From an uncultured Chroococcidiopsis sp. (GTDB lineage: Bacteria > Cyanobacteriota > Cyanobacteriia > Cyanobacteriales > Chroococcidiopsidaceae), in NCBI GenBank assembly GCA_964248365.1, contig CAXTYC010000015.1:58290-122289 (forward strand): DNA of 64,000 nt. Reading direction: 5' to 3'. The position numbers and the translations under genes are program-made. The notes beneath the pieces were generated by a model that worked only from the letters and a program-made list of their open reading frames with translations, did no database searches and had not been told where the DNA came from. Shown here piece by piece: positions 60,937-64,000 of this stretch; position 1 is the stretch's first letter, and every line of letters begins with the position of its first letter.

Positions 60937-63465
60937 ATGACTAATGACCAATTAGATTGGGTACGATTGCAAAAAGCCTTGGCAGTGGAGGCAGAACGGG
61001 GCTTTACAGACCTTGTAGGGAAACAATATCGGTTCAGTGAGTTTCTCTGCTTAAGTTTTGGCAAACCTCCAGTTACCCTATCAGCAGATGAACGTCATCG
61101 CTGGCAGGAAATGGCAGCGAGGTTTGCTAGCTATCCTCAGTTGTTATTGGAAGAAAGGCAACACCTAGTAGCAGAAGCTCGTCGTTATCTGCATATCTGC
61201 CAAAAAGGGGAGCTGGGAGAGAATAGAGCTGGAGGAGCTGGGGGAGCTGGGGAATCTGGGGGAGAAATCCCCATCGAAAATCCAAAATCTAAAATTGTTT
61301 TGCCTAAAACAACTCCTCTAATTGGGTCTGATTGTGTTGCAGTAAAAGAGCGAATTGCACCCAGCCTTGACCAATCATTAAGTAGTTTGGTAGAGGTTGG
61401 AGTTAGAAGGGGAGGATATTTAGCAGAACGGCTGGGATTGTACACGGTGCGAGATATCCTGTTTTACTACCCCCGCGACCATATTGACTATGCTCGTCAG
61501 GTAAATATCAGCAAGTTGGAGGCTGGCGAAACAGTGACGCTGGTGGCAACGATAAAGCGCTGTCAGTGCTTCAGTAGTCCTCGCAATTCCAAGCTGACAA
61601 TTCTAGATTTGCTGCTGCAAGATAAGACTGGACAAATTCGCATCAACCGCTTTTTTGCAGGTTCTCGTTTCTCTCATCGCGGTTGGCAAGAACAGCAAAA
61701 GCGCAAGTATCCAGTTGGTTCCCTAGTGGCTGCGTCGGGATTGGTGAAAGAAAGTAAATACGGTCTAACCCTAGAAGACCCAGAAGTAGAAATTTTGGCA
61801 CATCCAGGGGATACAATTGATTCTCTCACTATTGGTCGAGTAGTGCCAGTTTATGCCCTAACCGAGGGCGTGGGTGCAGACATGGTGCGAAAGGCGGTAA
61901 TTGCTGCTCTGCCAGCAGCTGCTCTACTTAAAGATCCAATACCTGCTGCTTTGCGGAAGCATTATGGATTGATGGAACTCAAGGACGCGATCGCCAATAT
62001 CCATTTTCCCTCAGACAGCGCCGCTTTGGAAGTTGCCCGTCGCCGTTTGGTCTTTGATGAATTTTTCTACTTACAACTCGGTTTACTCCAACGCCAGTAC
62101 AAAGCACGGCAAATTGAAACGAGCGCAGTCTTATCTCCCAAAGGTCAGTTAATTGATTCTTTCTATCAACAGCTACCCTTTGAGCTTACTGGCGCACAAA
62201 AACGAGTCATCAACGATATCCTCACCGACTTACAAAAACCTGTACCGATGAATCGCTTGGTGCAAGGTGATGTCGGTTCTGGTAAAACTGTCGTAGCAGT
62301 AGTTGCCATCCTTGCCGCAATTCAATCTGGCTATCAAGCTGCACTCATGGCTCCCACTGAGGTACTAGCAGAACAACACTACCGCAAGTTAGTCAGTTGG
62401 TTCAACCTTCTGCATTTGCCAGTGGAACTCTTGACAGGTTCAACCCCTGCTGCTAAAAGAAGGCAAATTCATGCTCAACTTGAGACAGGTGAACTGCCGC
62501 TGTTGGTAGGTACTCATGCATTAATTCAAGAAAAAGTCAACTTCTTCCGGTTGGGTTTAGCTGTAATTGACGAACAACATAGGTTTGGCGTGGGACAACG
62601 CGCCCGTCTACAGCAAAAAGGTGAATCCCCTCATGTATTGACCATGACAGCTACACCAATTCCCCGCACCTTAGCATTGACAGTACATGGGGATTTGGAT
62701 GTCAGTCAAATTGATGAATTACCACCAGGACGGCAAAAGATTCATACAACGGCGCTTTCTGGGAAAGAACGCTCTCACGCCTACGACTTAATCCGCCGCG
62801 AAGTCGCTCAAGGTCGTCAAGCTTATATTGTATTACCCTTGGTGGAAGAATCAGAAAAGCTGGATGTCCGCGCAGCTGTGGAGGAACATCAACGGTTGCA
62901 GGAAAGCATTTTTCCCGACTTCCAGGTAGGGTTGTTACATGGTCGCATGAACTCAGCCCAAAAGGATGAAGCGATTAATTTCTTTCGTGACAACAAAACT
63001 CAAATTCTTGTTTCTACCACTGTGATTGAAGTGGGTGTAGATGTACCAAATGCTACAGTAATGCTAATTGAAAATTCTGAGCGTTTTGGCTTATCCCAGC
63101 TACATCAATTGCGGGGACGTGTGGGAAGAGGTGCAGCAAAATCTTACTGTTTACTGATGAGTAGTGGCAAAACTGAAACCTCTCGTCAACGCCTGAAGGT
63201 GTTGGAACAATCCCAGGATGGCTTTTTTATCTCTGAAATGGACATGAGGTTTCGTGGTCCTGGGGAAGTTTTGGGTACTCGTCAATCAGGTTTAGCTGAC
63301 TTTACATTAGCAAGTTTAATAGAAGATCAAGAGGTGTTGGAATTAGCAAGAGAAGCAGCTGAGAAAGTGATAGCCATAGATGCAACGCTGAAACGTTGGT
63401 CATTGTTGCAGGCTGAATTGGAGTATCGGTATCAAAAGCTGATGGGTGGGGCGATTTTGACTTGA
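60937..63465 (+). CDS. recG: ATP-dependent DNA helicase RecG
   Basis: RLVQGDVGSGKT, APTEVLAEQH, DEQHRFGV.QR, MTATPIPRTL, QLRGRVGRG, RGPGE..G..QSG. Confidence 0.97.
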   Translation: MTNDQLDWVRLQKALAVEAERGFTDLVGKQYRFSEFLCLSFGKPPVTLSADERHRWQEMAARFASYPQLLLEERQHLVAEARRYLHICQKGELGENRAGGAGGAGESGGEIPIENPKSKIVLPKTTPLIGSDCVAVKERIAPSLDQSLSSLVEVGVRRGGYLAERLGLYTVRDILFYYPRDHIDYARQVNISKLEAGETVTLVATIKRCQCFSSPRNSKLTILDLLLQDKTGQIRINRFFAGSRFSHRGWQEQQKRKYPVGSLVAASGLVKESKYGLTLEDPEVEILAHPGDTIDSLTIGRVVPVYALTEGVGADMVRKAVIAALPAAALLKDPIPAALRKHYGLMELKDAIANIHFPSDSAALEVARRRLVFDEFFYLQLGLLQRQYKARQIETSAVLSPKGQLIDSFYQQLPFELTGAQKRVINDILTDLQKPVPMNRLVQGDVGSGKTVVAVVAILAAIQSGYQAALMAPTEVLAEQHYRKLVSWFNLLHLPVELLTGSTPAAKRRQIHAQLETGELPLLVGTHALIQEKVNFFRLGLAVIDEQHRFGVGQRARLQQKGESPHVLTMTATPIPRTLALTVHGDLDVSQIDELPPGRQKIHTTALSGKERSHAYDLIRREVAQGRQAYIVLPLVEESEKLDVRAAVEEHQRLQESIFPDFQVGLLHGRMNSAQKDEAINFFRDNKTQILVSTTVIEVGVDVPNATVMLIENSERFGLSQLHQLRGRVGRGAAKSYCLLMSSGKTETSRQRLKVLEQSQDGFFISEMDMRFRGPGEVLGTRQSGLADFTLASLIEDQEVLELAREAAEKVIAIDATLKRWSLLQAELEYRYQKLMGGAILT

Positions 63466-64000
63466 TGAAAGTGCGATCGCCCTGCTAAAACCCTATAACT
63501 ACTAATGGTTCCTTCCCCTTCTCTCCCACCTGAATGTTGCATTCGATCTGCTGATTTTAAGGATGTATGGCAACTTCTAAAACTACCATTTGCATTCCAT
63601 ACCAGGAATAACAGTTTCCCGTTATAAATTATTTCAAAAAATAATTTTTTTTGCATTATAAATATCATTAGCTTATTATTTACTAGCTCAATCAGCTATT
63701 TTCTAAGTAATCAAATCAGCGACTTTTTGCTTAATAATGTAATGAATAGGTCGCCACTACCAGATAACTTGCTAACAAAATTAACGCTACTATTGTACGG
63801 GCAACCGACAGGTTATGGTTACAATGTCGGTGAAAATCCAAATTTCTTAGGAAATATCCTGTCAGTTATTTTGACTCTTATTCTGTTGCTACCCTTGTTT
63901 ATATTTTTATTCGTCACATCTATTTAAATACGTGGGTAGTTGAGTGCCAATACCTCTCGGTTAAGGCTAGAATCAGATAATGATATTGTTGCCTGAGATA

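Noticed and set aside
63432..63927. Short ORFs after recG (63432-63668, 63727-63927)
   Set aside because: AT-rich, no motifs or clear RBS; cannot be supported at the window edge.

Overview
Cyanobacterial chromosome segment (very frequent HIP1 GCGATCGC, heptamer tandem repeats, NtcA and LexA boxes, raf1). Position 0.8-17 kb is a DNA-phosphorothioation island. It holds dndC-dndD-dndE plus a putative methyltransferase, two divergently transcribed DGQHR/DndB-family genes, and a second module resembling PbeABCD: an SF2 helicase, an un-called 57-aa protein, an SMC-like CxC ATPase and Dnd-associated protein 4. Three Uma2 nucleases and a HicB-like gene sit inside that module as cassettes with HIP1-like junctions. 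A diverged ~200-bp non-coding duplication and two MITE-like elements surround the helicase, and lexA lies directly upstream. Position 19.3-31 kb, flush against tRNA-Thr(UGU), is a purine-catabolism cluster (Rieske HpxD-like, HpxO, UraH, UraD, PuuE, allantoate amidohydrolase, NCS2 permease, porin, GntR, and a stand-alone allophanate-hydrolase C-domain protein) with NtcA-type sites in front of its units. Position 31-38 kb carries a sugar dehydrogenase, a truncated cpcT/cpeT-like gene, an AT-rich GH5 mannanase and a sugar ABC transporter. The rest is mostly housekeeping (argF, proA, raf1, menG, rpsF, argG, rpsB-tsf, recG), with a tandem duplication of the raf1/menG promoter and a DUF3386-like gene broken by a nonsense codon. 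All calls are by eye; no database searches were run.
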